A stretch of 64,000 nt of DNA, taken from sequence record OR776998. One strand, 5' to 3'. The notes beneath the pieces are model-generated. The model did not search any database. It worked only from the letters and a program-made list of their open reading frames with translations, and had not been told where the DNA came from. Origin of the DNA: Escherichia phage YX22. Positions 1 to 9,444 of this stretch are shown in pieces. The number at the start of each line of letters is the position of its first letter. Positions within the stretch are counted from its first letter, which is position 1. The translations under genes and the position numbers were made by a program.

Positions 1-1504
1 CACGGCGCAGCTGCTTGATGTTGTCAACGATTTCGTCGGCCTGCTTGCGCATGGCATCCAGTTCAGCATCCAACACAGCAATGTCAGCAACCAGCTTGTC
101 GTCCTGAGCCTTGTGATCATCGATCAGGACATTGATATCGGCGGTAACTTTGTCCAGTTGATCTAACTTCGACTGTAGTTCCTGGATCTGAGGATTGTAC
201 TCACTCTCAATCCGCGCCTTGGTGTCATCAGACACCAGTTGGGTACATGTTGGGCAAGTCCCCATATCGTGGAAGCGCTTGATGGCCGACTGATGCCCCT
301 CCATTTCAGTCTGGAACTTGATACGGAAGTTCTCACCCTGCTGGCGGCGCTGAATAGCAGCGTTCAGGGTGTCCAGGTTTGTGTTGCGCTCGGTGAGCAG
401 GGTGTTCTTGCGTTCGGCCACTGTAAAGGCGCGGTCACGCAAGACCTGAAGATCATGCTCCGCAGTAGACACTTCGATGCGCTCATAATCGTCAGCCTTG
501 TCCTGCGCGGCGTCCTTCACCGCCTGGATCTTGGCATCAAAGTCTTTCTTGACAGCCTCGATCTCCACCATGGATTCATCATGCAGGCGGCTTTCTACCG
601 TCTTCATTTCCTGGGTGGCTTCAAACTCCACAGCCGTGAGGCGGGTGCGCTCTTCATTCTGGGCGGCGATGTCAGCGTCTAGGGAAGTCAGGGCTTCCTG
701 TTGCTGTACAAGGATATCGGCCGACTGCTGTTGGATAAGGGCATTGGACCGCTCTATCTGCTGTAGCTGCTTCTTCTTGTTGGTGCGGTCAACAACCTTC
801 AACGCACATTCATTCGCTATCGTGTCCAGCTTTTCGTTCGCTTTCTTGATGGCAGCCTTGACATCTTCGTTCATCAGGCTGAAGAAGCCCAAGTCCCAGA
901 TAGTCTCCACCATGGCGCGGCGGTCGGCTGTGTACATCTCCGTGAACGGAATGAACTTCTCTTTGCCCAGCACCAGAGAGTTCTCAAACATCTTCTGGTC
1001 CACGCCGATGAGGTTCACGATGTACTTGTTCATGTCGGCTTTGGCTGCTTCGTTATCGATCTGCAACCACTTGCCGTCCACCATCTGGTAGACTTCAACA
1101 AAGTCAGGTTTAATGCCACGGCGAACCTTCCATTCGCTACCACGGCAGGCAAACTCCACCTCACCCACACATTCCTTGCGGCTCTGTGAGTTAACCAGAC
1201 CTGCCTTCTTCTCCTTCTTGCTGTATGTGTCGTTGTACAGTACGAAAAACAGCAGCCATACCAGCATCGTGGATTTACCCGCGCCGTTGTCATCAGACGT
1301 AACAAGGGTGGCCGGGTTGCGCTGATAATCAATCTCCATGAACTGATTGCCGATGGAGCGGAAGTTCTTGGCGCGGCCTTTGCGGAAGGTCAGTTTGTGT
1401 GTAACAACGTTACGCACTTCAAATGGGACTTCAACCTCGACCGGGGCGTCGGCTTCCTTCAAAAGATTACCAAATTTGGTCAAGATATCTGTGCTCTGAG
1501 TCAT
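1..1504 (-). CDS. 46: gp46-like recombination endonuclease ATPase subunit (SbcC/Rad50 family), N-terminal part; gene runs off the window start
   Basis: Own translation from ATG at 1502-1504 on minus strand: MTQSTDILTKFGNLLKEADAPVEVEVPFEVRNVV...TSDDNGAGKSTMLV (Walker A), then Q/E/L-rich coiled coil. No stop before position 1, so absent from the ORF track. Lies 2 nt downstream of the gp47 stop. Confidence 0.8.
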   Translation of the reverse strand, partial: MTQSTDILTKFGNLLKEADAPVEVEVPFEVRNVVTHKLTFRKGRAKNFRSIGNQFMEIDYQRNPATLVTSDDNGAGKSTMLVWLLFFVLYNDTYSKKEKKAGLVNSQSRKECVGEVEFACRGSEWKVRRGIKPDFVEVYQMVDGKWLQIDNEAAKADMNKYIVNLIGVDQKMFENSLVLGKEKFIPFTEMYTADRRAMVETIWDLGFFSLMNEDVKAAIKKANEKLDTIANECALKVVDRTNKKKQLQQIERSNALIQQQSADILVQQQEALTSLDADIAAQNEERTRLTAVEFEATQEMKTVESRLHDESMVEIEAVKKDFDAKIQAVKDAAQDKADDYERIEVSTAEHDLQVLRDRAFTVAERKNTLLTERNTNLDTLNAAIQRRQQGENFRIKFQTEMEGHQSAIKRFHDMGTCPTCTQLVSDDTKARIESEYNPQIQELQSKLDQLDKVTADINVLIDDHKAQDDKLVADIAVLDAELDAMRKQADEIVDNIKQLRR

Positions 1505-1505
1505 G

Positions 1506-2621
1506 TTATGCATCCAGTTTGTTCAGGCGTTGTTGGGCAGCATTATAGAAGTGCTCTGCCAGTTTACAGACGTTGTCGGGGCGCTGAATGTTGTTCCCGG
1601 CGCGGATATCCTTCTTCAGGACTTCCACCGCATCGGTCGCCACCATCTCTTCGGTGACCTCAACCTTCTCGGCAGCAACAGTAATCGTCCGGTCGATGAA
1701 GTTGTAGTCAATGCACTTACAGCGCTTCATGGCATCATAGAACTTTTCATAATGCTTAGCATTGTCACGGTTCTGTACAATAACCTTAACAATTTGCCCT
1801 TCAATACCCAAGCCTGTGTTCAACCATTCCGGGTCGATCCAATTACCTTCTTCATCAGAGGACAACTTGGTGTAATCATATTCCACATAGCGGAACAGCG
1901 TCTGGTGCTCGGCGTTCGGGATAAAGATCTCACCACCACGCATGTCGTCCACATAGAAGCCACGGTTAGTGCCGTCTTTGTAGTCTTCCCAGTTCAGGTG
2001 ATATGGAGTCCCAATATATTGAATGTTACCTTCCATCGAACGGGTATGGAAATGGCCCGTGTCGACCCTGGTAAACTTGGAAAGCAGAGCAACGTCGATC
2101 TGACCGTGATCACAAGTAGAAGACTGGTACATTTTGAACCCCGCCAGCTCCAGATGCGCAAAACAGTACTCGGCGTCTGTATCTTGTATCGCTTTAATAG
2201 ACGCATCATAGTTCTCCTTGTTGATCCAAGGCAGCAGCAGAGTCTTGACACCCTCGATCATCACTTCGGTCGGTTCGCTGTAATAGCAGTACACATCCGG
2301 GTCGAGTTCGTTCAGGTAGGATGGCCAGTTGATGCGGTTGGACTCTTCCAGGGTGATGTCATGGTTGCCCACGATGCCATTCCACTTGATACCAGCCGCT
2401 TTCAACGCAGGGGTGAGTTCATCCTTCAGCCAGTCTTTGTCGCGCCCGTACATGAATTTGCGGACATCAAACGTATCACCGAACTGCCAGACCTCTTTGA
2501 TATCAGAGTCGGCAAGTTCAGGAATGAAATAATTGATGAGATAGTTCTTGATGAAGTCGCGAACGTATCGAGAACCATTACGGCTCCCGATATGCAGATC
2601 GCCAATTTTAGCAATCGCCAT
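1506..2621 (-). CDS. 47: gp47-like recombination nuclease subunit (Mre11/SbcD calcineurin-like phosphoesterase)
   Basis: 371-aa ORF with phosphoesterase motifs GDLHIG, GDTFD, GNHD and GHFH; ATG start; order 55-47-46 as in T4. Confidence 0.9.
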   Translation of the reverse strand: MAIAKIGDLHIGSRNGSRYVRDFIKNYLINYFIPELADSDIKEVWQFGDTFDVRKFMYGRDKDWLKDELTPALKAAGIKWNGIVGNHDITLEESNRINWPSYLNELDPDVYCYYSEPTEVMIEGVKTLLLPWINKENYDASIKAIQDTDAEYCFAHLELAGFKMYQSSTCDHGQIDVALLSKFTRVDTGHFHTRSMEGNIQYIGTPYHLNWEDYKDGTNRGFYVDDMRGGEIFIPNAEHQTLFRYVEYDYTKLSSDEEGNWIDPEWLNTGLGIEGQIVKVIVQNRDNAKHYEKFYDAMKRCKCIDYNFIDRTITVAAEKVEVTEEMVATDAVEVLKKDIRAGNNIQRPDNVCKLAEHFYNAAQQRLNKLDA

Positions 2622-3399
2622 TGTTCTTTTTCTCCCGTTCTTCTAATCTTTGTTTGAGGGCTTCCCAATCTGGTTCCATCGCACAGATATCATCTTCCAG
2701 ATTGAATTGGGTTTTGCCGAAGTCTTGATCTGAATTGTCTTCGGCCTGCGCTGTTACCGTATTCTTAGCCTGCGCCATGTATTGAAGTATGCCTTTCGCA
2801 ATCTTTTTATTCGATTCTGCGAGACGAGCTGCCTCCACCTTCTCTCGCTCCTTCTGCCTTTGAGCGTCCTTTTTGTTCTCAAAGTTGCCGATACGTTCAC
2901 GGAAGTCCATGCCAATTCCTGTAGCATCAACAAAGACCTCTTGTTGGAAGTCGGGATCGTCTGCCAGGCCTGCGAACCCACCCGCCTCTTCAAATGAGCG
3001 CAATTTAATGTACGTGTGCTCTTCTTCGATATTCAGTTTACGAGCGAATGATCGATCAGCACACATGGTCACCCAAGAGAAGAAGTTGATCTTCCCTTTC
3101 TTTCCAATGTGTTCGACGTCAAATGTGTGGAGGTAACGCAGGATGTTGACGATTGCTTCAGAGACCATGTCTTCACGGAAGGGATAATCGCGATAGTTGT
3201 AGCGGGTACTCATCTTGGTGATGATGCGCTGGACCTGCAGAGCAACATAGTTGGGGATCTTTGGAAGCCTGGTGCCCTCAGCAAGTGCTTTCTTGCGAGC
3301 AGGGATCCAATCACGAAGGATACTAATGACACGCTCGTTGTCTTCGTCCGTGAAATATTTGACGACATTCTCCCCTCTGTCCACGAAGTTCATTCCCAT
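2608..3399 (-). CDS. 55: gp55-like late-transcription sigma factor
   Basis: Segment ITKMSTRYNYRDYPFREDMVSEAIVNILRYLHTFD matches the T4 gp55 core pattern (RFNFSGY...FD) recalled from memory; position upstream of 47/46; GAGG about 9 nt upstream of the ATG. Confidence 0.7.
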   Translation of the reverse strand: MGMNFVDRGENVVKYFTDEDNERVISILRDWIPARKKALAEGTRLPKIPNYVALQVQRIITKMSTRYNYRDYPFREDMVSEAIVNILRYLHTFDVEHIGKKGKINFFSWVTMCADRSFARKLNIEEEHTYIKLRSFEEAGGFAGLADDPDFQQEVFVDATGIGMDFRERIGNFENKKDAQRQKEREKVEAARLAESNKKIAKGILQYMAQAKNTVTAQAEDNSDQDFGKTQFNLEDDICAMEPDWEALKQRLEEREKKNNGDC

Positions 3400-3410
3400 T
3401 ATGATAGTCC

Positions 3411-3938
3411 TCAGATACCGATAAATTCATCAAAAGATCCAACAACCTTCTTCACCGAGATCTTGTCATTCTCAATCAGGAAGTTGCTGTCGTTTTTGGC
3501 TGCTGTAGCCCAGTCATCGGCAAGTTCGTTGCCTTCGTGTCCCGCATGACCCTTAACCCATTTTAGTTCAACATCACAAATTGAACAAACGAGATCATAG
3601 ATTCTGAACAGATCTTTGATGAGTTCAACGTTCTTTTCTGGGAAACCCTGATACTCCCACTTCGTTCGCCATTCGGTGACACTCTTGATGGCATATTGGC
3701 TGTCAGACCAAATTGTTGCCTTTGGTATTCTGCGCTCACCCTTTCCTGAGAATGCCCACAGTAGCTTCAATGCGTTGGTCACACCCAACAACTCGGCGAT
3801 ATTGTTAGTGGACGGGGGAGGTAGATGACCGAAGAACACCTTCCATTGCATACCCGTTATTGGCCTGATGACAAATGCCCAGCCTGCGGCCTGGTTGGTC
3901 TTCGGGTTAGAACCCCCGTCAGAATAAATTTCTATCAT
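3411..3938 (-). CDS. Ribonuclease HI (RNase H type 1 fold)
   Basis: Internal ATG at 3938 gives MIEIYSDGGS...; motifs SDGGS, NNIAELLGV, SDSQYA and WVKGHAGHEGNELADDWA closely match E. coli RNase HI (TDGS, TDSQYV, WVKGHAGHPENERCDELA). The upstream part of the 207-aa track ORF is probably not translated. Confidence 0.85.
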   Translation of the reverse strand: MIEIYSDGGSNPKTNQAAGWAFVIRPITGMQWKVFFGHLPPPSTNNIAELLGVTNALKLLWAFSGKGERRIPKATIWSDSQYAIKSVTEWRTKWEYQGFPEKNVELIKDLFRIYDLVCSICDVELKWVKGHAGHEGNELADDWATAAKNDSNFLIENDKISVKKVVGSFDEFIGI

Positions 3939-3940
3939 GA

Positions 3941-3952
3941 TATAAATATCCC
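3941..3952 (+). promoter_or_regulatory. Late-promoter-like element TATAAATATCCC on plus strand
   Basis: Exact T4 late core TATAAATA followed by CCC, about 32 nt upstream of the plus-strand ATG at 3984 (RBS AGAGGAA). Confidence 0.5.
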
Positions 3953-3983
3953 AAACTGGTTTTATAGAAAGAGGAATGAAACT

Positions 3984-4751
3984 ATGGCACCCCGCGCATA
4001 TCGTTTCAGTCTCACCGCCCCGCAGATTGAGCAATTGCTCCTCTCTATCTATGATGCTATCAAGTCAGAAGATATCATCTATGATTATGCTGCAGGTGGG
4101 ACTGCTGGACAAGTCGCAGCAGCTTCTGCTGTCAAGAACATGTGGTTGAAGCTCAACGAGATGGTGACAGGCCAAGGTCTCAAAGATGCCATCAACGATG
4201 CAGAAGACAGCAACGTGTTCACCGACTATTATAAGTCTTTACTGGATCGCGAAGGCTGGAAATTTATTGGATCTCCAGCAGATGAACTTCAGCGAGGCGA
4301 CATCGATACCTCGAACTTCAAAGGTGGTGAGGTCATTCTACTTCAGAAGAACGCTTCAGGCAACCCAGAATTCCAATACTGGAAGCGAACCCCTGTTGCT
4401 GGGGGTGATCCTACCTTTGCATGGGCTTCGGTCTATGAAGGGAACTCTAATGATTCCAGCATAGAGATTCCCGTGGTTGGCACCAGCGTACTCAAGGACA
4501 TCCCCAAGGCACTCTTCCATATGATCGAGTTCAGAGTGCATGTCTACGATGAGACACTGGGTCATTGGCAAGACACCGACGGGAAGGTGGGGTATCGTGG
4601 CGAGGATCTGATCTACAGTGTATACAACCATATTCAGACCAAACCTCTCGCCACCATTGACTTCAGCCAAGATACGGACAATATGACGGTTTCTGTGACG
4701 TCGTTGGAACCGAATGTCAAGTGCCATCTGTCCTTCGTTGCGGGTTACTAA
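3984..4751 (+). CDS. Hypothetical protein, probably late-expressed (possible virion protein)
   Basis: Internal ATG at 3984 (MAPRAYRFSLTAPQIEQ...) preceded by AGAGGAA and the late-promoter-like element. Protein-like composition, while the N-terminal extension of the track ORF is antisense to the RNase HI gene. Lone plus-strand gene in a minus-strand block. Confidence 0.55.
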   Translation: MAPRAYRFSLTAPQIEQLLLSIYDAIKSEDIIYDYAAGGTAGQVAAASAVKNMWLKLNEMVTGQGLKDAINDAEDSNVFTDYYKSLLDREGWKFIGSPADELQRGDIDTSNFKGGEVILLQKNASGNPEFQYWKRTPVAGGDPTFAWASVYEGNSNDSSIEIPVVGTSVLKDIPKALFHMIEFRVHVYDETLGHWQDTDGKVGYRGEDLIYSVYNHIQTKPLATIDFSQDTDNMTVSVTSLEPNVKCHLSFVAGY

Positions 4752-6466
4752 ACCTCAAACACGGCATCAGTGAACCAAGCGGGGAAGAACTCTGGGTTGC
4801 GCATCATCAGTGATTCAAAAGAAGAATCAAGGATGTACGTCGCAGCCCAGTCATTCACGCCCCTGACCGAACGCCCACACATCTGAACGATACGCAGTAC
4901 CGCCATCCTGAAGTACGCCGATGGGTCCACACTGTTGACGTGGGCCACCAGAGGATCACCAAGGTAATCATATGGCACCTTGATCAAGATCTGAAATCGA
5001 CTATAATCGCCTTTGAAGTCATACCCCTCTTCCATGGACGGACTGGCGATGACACAAGGTGTCTTCGTCCTGAACGCGTGTTCCATGATGTCCATCAGAG
5101 CCTTACGAGTACGAGGAACGTGAATCATATTCCGGTACTTACTGAACTTTTGTAGAGCCAGGGCGCGGTCATAACTGACTGTGTGAATGATGCCAGACTG
5201 CCCAGGGTGGAACGCGATAATTTCATCCACGTATTCAGCCAGCTTCTTCATCTCGTAGTCACCCATGTTCGCTGTCATCTTCATGATGGGCATGTAGTTG
5301 ACTTTCCGGTTCTCAATCGGGATAGGGTTGCCGATCTGTATCTTGTGGTACTCACCCTCGCGGATACCCAGTGACCGGGCGTACGAGTCAATCCCGCAAA
5401 TGGTAGCCGACATGTGAACGTGGTAGTCACCCTTGCGGAACAGGCCGAACTGGGATACATCAGAGGCGATGACAGGCTTGAACTGAATCATACCCTTGTC
5501 CTTCTCCTGTACGATGAAAGTGCTGGCGTTGGTCTGCCCCATGATACCACAGTAGTCGCTGAGGTTGTGAAGAGTATCAATAATATCAGACAGCTTCATC
5601 ACCTGGGCTTCAGTCAGGCGCTCGTCCTCTACCAGTTCCTCAAGAGTTTCCAACAGGGCTTCAACCTTGCCGTGCAGTTCATCAAATATCGCATGCATCT
5701 CACCAGACAGGGAATACAGCTTGCCCAATTCATAGTTATCTGTGCGGATGATGATATCCTTGATGGTCTCCACGATAGGCACTCCCTCGGGGATCGTAAG
5801 CAACCCTTCCACAGCCTTTATGTTGTATTCCATGATAGTATGCTCTAGGAGCGTAGAGGGCATCTTATGACACTCGTCAAGGATCAGCATATCGGCACGG
5901 TTTTCCGGCTTCATACAAATCGTCGTACACATCTCCACCATCATGGCGGCGTTGGTGCAGCGCAGGGAGGAGACGTCGGTCCACTGTCTACGCGCCTGAA
6001 CATATGGGCAACGATTCTTACTACAGTGGCCATCACGGCATGCCATACGGCACTGAATGGCGTTGTAGTATAGGTCGGGACTGATGTGGCAACGATAGTT
6101 CTTCTTGCCCTTCAGGATGTCTATCGCCACGGCTTTCTCTGCTGCATACTGATCCTGTAAACCTTTGGTCGGCGTCGTGATAGACGTGCGGAACTGACCA
6201 TACGGGTTGTGCTCAAGAACCAAATGGCGAAGCACGTTATGGATGGTAGTGCCGATGAGGGATTTACCTACACCAGTCGGAGCCTCGATGATCACGTGTT
6301 TGAATTTCTTATTCACAAGGGCATCGATGGCTTCAACGATGCATTCCATCTGGCCGGGGTTGGCGGTGTCATACGGGAAGAACTCAGTGGCAAGAGATTT
6401 GATGCGGTCTATGCTGACTGGTCCGACGCCGTCAAGCGCCTTGGTATATTGGTTGAATGCTGTCAC
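4748..6466 (-). CDS. DinG/XPD (Rad3)-family SF2 helicase with Fe-S cluster domain
   Basis: 572 aa; Walker A IIEAPTGVGKS; DEAH-like box ILDECH; four Cys in CHISPD...QCRMACRDGHCSKNRCPY typical of the XPD/DinG 4Fe-4S insert. Start codon is GTG at 6464-6466 preceded by strong SD AGGAGGA. Confidence 0.85.
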   Translation of the reverse strand: MTAFNQYTKALDGVGPVSIDRIKSLATEFFPYDTANPGQMECIVEAIDALVNKKFKHVIIEAPTGVGKSLIGTTIHNVLRHLVLEHNPYGQFRTSITTPTKGLQDQYAAEKAVAIDILKGKKNYRCHISPDLYYNAIQCRMACRDGHCSKNRCPYVQARRQWTDVSSLRCTNAAMMVEMCTTICMKPENRADMLILDECHKMPSTLLEHTIMEYNIKAVEGLLTIPEGVPIVETIKDIIIRTDNYELGKLYSLSGEMHAIFDELHGKVEALLETLEELVEDERLTEAQVMKLSDIIDTLHNLSDYCGIMGQTNASTFIVQEKDKGMIQFKPVIASDVSQFGLFRKGDYHVHMSATICGIDSYARSLGIREGEYHKIQIGNPIPIENRKVNYMPIMKMTANMGDYEMKKLAEYVDEIIAFHPGQSGIIHTVSYDRALALQKFSKYRNMIHVPRTRKALMDIMEHAFRTKTPCVIASPSMEEGYDFKGDYSRFQILIKVPYDYLGDPLVAHVNSVDPSAYFRMAVLRIVQMCGRSVRGVNDWAATYILDSSFESLMMRNPEFFPAWFTDAVFEV

Positions 6467-6516
6467 TTTCTTCCTCCTATGGGATTCGCCTTTAGTTTAA
6501 CCGATTCCCAGGAACG

Positions 6517-6552
6517 AAAAAGCCGGAGTACAATGCTCCGGCTTTCTCTTTT
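6517..6552. terminator. Bidirectional rho-independent terminator hairpin
   Basis: AGCCGGAG-tacaatg-CTCCGGCT stem-loop flanked by A-run upstream and T-run downstream; sits between the DinG start region and the HU gene 3' end. Confidence 0.6.
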
Positions 6553-6595
6553 GCCATGCCCTGTATTGCAGAGCCTGGCCGCGCGTCAGATAGAA

Positions 6596-6874
6596 TTACT
6601 TGCCGTTGGCAGCGTTCTTCAGACCTTCGCCCACTTTGAATTTCACAACGTTTTTCGCCGCGATCTGAATGGTCTGGCCGTTCAGAGGGTTGCGACCTTC
6701 ACGCGCTTCTTGGTGTTTCACTTCGAATGCACCGAAGCCGACCAGCTGTACAGATGCGCCTGCAGCAACTGCAGTTTTAACACCATCGATAAAGGATGCC
6801 ACTACTTTCTCCGCTTCGCCTTTGGTGATATTCTGGGTCGAAGCAATGTGGGCAACAAATTCAGTACGATTCAT
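6596..6874 (-). CDS. HU/IHF-family histone-like DNA-binding protein
   Basis: 92 aa, MNRTEFVAHIASTQNITKGEAEKVV...GFGAFEV...RNPLNGQTIQIAAKNVVKFKVGEGLK; canonical HU arm and fold signature; GGAG 9 nt upstream of ATG. Confidence 0.9.
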   Translation of the reverse strand: MNRTEFVAHIASTQNITKGEAEKVVASFIDGVKTAVAAGASVQLVGFGAFEVKHQEAREGRNPLNGQTIQIAAKNVVKFKVGEGLKNAANGK

Positions 6875-6967
6875 CTGGATTTCTCCGTTGAGTTAATGTT
6901 TACTTTCATGTTCACTACAAGAGGACTACATCTTACCTAACAAAACATATTGAATAAAGCGAAATTA

Positions 6968-7216
6968 TTAGCCTTTCGCCACGTCTTCAGTCGTCATCGT
7001 GCCATAACATCCACAGCGTTCACAAATCACTCTGACGCAAGGCTTAAAAGTCTGAATATTAGTCACAGGAACGTTCACCGCCTTTGAAGAAACTTGCATT
7101 TCGCGGACTTCAACCCGTTGTTCGGCCAGGCGCTCATCGTCCAAGAAGGTGATCGTCTTGTGAGGACAACGCATTGACGATTCACCAACCCAGATTATTG
7201 CCATGTTGGGACTCAT
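6968..7216 (-). CDS. Hypothetical small protein with Cys cluster (possible zinc ribbon)
   Basis: 82 aa ORF, ATG start, CxxC-like C-terminal cysteines (CVRVICERCGC); stop overlaps the upstream gene by 1 nt. Confidence 0.4.
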   Translation of the reverse strand: MSPNMAIIWVGESSMRCPHKTITFLDDERLAEQRVEVREMQVSSKAVNVPVTNIQTFKPCVRVICERCGCYGTMTTEDVAKG

Positions 7217-7491
7217 TATTTGACCTCCGATTTGGAGATTAACAATTCCATCTCCGGGCGACCAATGACAGTCTCAACTTTGTCTTCTTCAACCATCATT
7301 TCATTCAGAAGATCGTACCCCAGGACTTGTACACCAAAAGACTTTTTATTCAGTTCTGCCTCAATATCGAGAACTCGCTGAACCGTCAGGCCACCGGAAG
7401 AGAACGGGACCGGATAGAAAGCAGAACACACTTGCGTGCTCCCATTTACGCTGTAACGAACCAGCAAGACATCACACCATACACCAGCCAT
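7216..7491 (-). CDS. Hypothetical protein
   Basis: 91 aa ORF, ATG start, tightly packed in the minus-strand operon. Confidence 0.4.
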   Translation of the reverse strand: MAGVWCDVLLVRYSVNGSTQVCSAFYPVPFSSGGLTVQRVLDIEAELNKKSFGVQVLGYDLLNEMMVEEDKVETVIGRPEMELLISKSEVK

Positions 7492-7492
7492 G

Positions 7493-8155
7493 TCACACCT
7501 CCACCGCGTGAGACTTCAGAAGTTCATCAATCTCTTTCTGTCCCATGTATGAGAACGGGGTGCGCTGGTAGAACGCCCAGAGTACTAACTGGACAACAGC
7601 ACGGGAACGGGTTTCGGCCGTCATCACCAGGCCACTGAAATGAGGAGACTCAGCTGTCCATTGTATCTCTTCGCCCAGGTCTTGATTACAGGTCACCGAG
7701 ATGCGGAACTTGTTGCACAGATTGTCGACCTCTTTGTACGCATCGGTAGACACACGAAGTTGTTCCGCATGTGCCCACGGAGTTGTGACGATTCTTTCAC
7801 CCATCACTTTATCAGAGATAAACCAATCAATACATTCGGTAAACTCACTAAAATGGTCGATACGATAAATGCAGTCTCCCCCTTCCATAGAACGCATGGC
7901 ATGATAGCGAGCGTCGATTTCGTTGTTGTGCATCGCGTTGAAGTCGATGAACACGCGACGCGCCAGCACAACATCTTCTGGTTGAAGTGCCAGGAAATCG
8001 TTCAGGCGGCTATAATGGAGGATATTGGAACCGTCGTGGCCACGTGTGCAATATGCGTAATAGCTACCGATACGGGCGTGGGCAATATAAGACAACGGGG
8101 CGAAGAATAATCCGTCAGGATCAGGACCGACGATAATAGAATAAAGTTTTTCCAT
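7493..8155 (-). CDS. Hypothetical protein
   Basis: Internal ATG at 8155 (MEKLYSIIVGPDPDG...) preceded by GAGTGACTATATC; 220 aa; no recognisable motif. Confidence 0.5.
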   Translation of the reverse strand: MEKLYSIIVGPDPDGLFFAPLSYIAHARIGSYYAYCTRGHDGSNILHYSRLNDFLALQPEDVVLARRVFIDFNAMHNNEIDARYHAMRSMEGGDCIYRIDHFSEFTECIDWFISDKVMGERIVTTPWAHAEQLRVSTDAYKEVDNLCNKFRISVTCNQDLGEEIQWTAESPHFSGLVMTAETRSRAVVQLVLWAFYQRTPFSYMGQKEIDELLKSHAVEV

Positions 8156-8211
8156 GATATAGTCACTCAAATGAAAGGGCAGCTTTATGATAAGCCGCCC
8201 GAGGTTATTGA

Positions 8212-9078
8212 TTATTGGAAATCGCCAACATACATGTTCAGCTTGTCGTCCCAATTCAGAACGACACGGATCGTTCCAGTATCTTCTGGGAAGGTCAGTT
8301 TGTCACACATGGCGCGATTAACATAAGTCCCGCTCTGGTTGACGTTGTAGTCCTTGCCTTGCATGATACCAAAACGCTTGAAGTCGCGAGTGACCATCAT
8401 GTTCAGAGTTGTCCAAGGGATTGTATCGCGCAGGGCTTTGCACAGGACGATCTTGCCATCCGACCTGAACGACACAAACAGCTCGTTGGCGACACGACGG
8501 CGAGTAGGCGGTTCAAGTTCACGCAGGGAAATGAATTGTGAATTCTTTACCTTTTCTGCCAGCGCCTGTACTTCTGCTGGATCCGGCTTGAACGGCTCCA
8601 CTGAAGAGTCAGACTTCATCACAACGTCACCCTTGCGCTTCTCAACCAATTGCTCCACAGCCTTTTGACTCACGGGAGGGAGGTATTTGGACTTAGGAAC
8701 AACCGCTGGCTTGATGACAGGGCTTGCATCTGGTTTCGCCTTTGGAGTACTCCGAGCCGCACGCAGCTTTTCCTGGGCTTCCAGAATGCGCTCTTGACGA
8801 GAAAGCGGAGCCTTTGGGGTGATCTTCGTACTGAAGTCAGAAACGCCGACCCAGTCACCCTGGTCGTTGCGCTTGGCGACCAGGGTCAGTTTGTGGATGA
8901 TACCCTGAAGTTTGCTCTCACGTAAGTTGTCGGCATACCAGAACTTCGCACCCATCTCGAACTTCTCGGCGAAGATCACGCGAGCGTCTTCGTGTACCAA
9001 CATAACTTTGGCTGCGTTGGGGGCAAAAGTCTTATTCTTTTCGATAATCGCCGCAGCGATTGTTTTGGTCAGGAGCAT
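8212..9078 (-). CDS. Hypothetical protein
   Basis: Track ORF starts at GTG (9081); adjacent ATG at 9078 (MLLTKTIAAA...) with AAGGA upstream; about 288 aa; K/P-rich central linker. Confidence 0.5.
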   Translation of the reverse strand: MLLTKTIAAAIIEKNKTFAPNAAKVMLVHEDARVIFAEKFEMGAKFWYADNLRESKLQGIIHKLTLVAKRNDQGDWVGVSDFSTKITPKAPLSRQERILEAQEKLRAARSTPKAKPDASPVIKPAVVPKSKYLPPVSQKAVEQLVEKRKGDVVMKSDSSVEPFKPDPAEVQALAEKVKNSQFISLRELEPPTRRRVANELFVSFRSDGKIVLCKALRDTIPWTTLNMMVTRDFKRFGIMQGKDYNVNQSGTYVNRAMCDKLTFPEDTGTIRVVLNWDDKLNMYVGDFQ

Positions 9079-9117
9079 CACAGTGTATTCCTTCAGTTCA
9101 CAATGTAGGGCTAAATT

Positions 9118-9444
9118 TTAACCCGAAACTTTATTTTGAAATCCGACAAAGTCCTGGGCAATTCCCCGGCAATACATCAGGTCTTTCTTCGTTTGTGGAC
9201 TGTTGTCAGCCGCAGTCAGCATCATGGGAAGATCCAGCGCATTCTCTATCTGATCAACACTGAACAGATCAAGGCGCTTCAGCTCTCCCTCGAAGTCAGA
9301 CAGGAGGATAGATGTGTCTTTGTCATCTGGGTGGAACTGCTGATACGTCTCCATCCATGCCACACATGTGTTCAGTTTGGACGGTGGCGCAGCGTTTACA
9401 CACCCGGCTATCAGTACCAACAAGAGCAGGATTTTACATTTCAT
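9118..9444 (-). CDS. Putative lipoprotein
   Basis: ATG at 9444 gives MKCKILLLLVLIAGCVNA: signal peptide with lipobox IAGC; 108 aa. Confidence 0.5.
   Translation of the reverse strand: MKCKILLLLVLIAGCVNAAPPSKLNTCVAWMETYQQFHPDDKDTSILLSDFEGELKRLDLFSVDQIENALDLPMMLTAADNSPQTKKDLMYCRGIAQDFVGFQNKVSG

Noticed and set aside
1503-2657. 384-aa plus-strand ORF
   Set aside because: Entirely antisense to the well-supported gp47 gene; L/R/V-rich antisense-type composition; no RBS.
6209-6940. 243-aa plus-strand ORF
   Set aside because: Antisense to the DinG 5' end and the HU gene and crosses a terminator hairpin; composition not protein-like.
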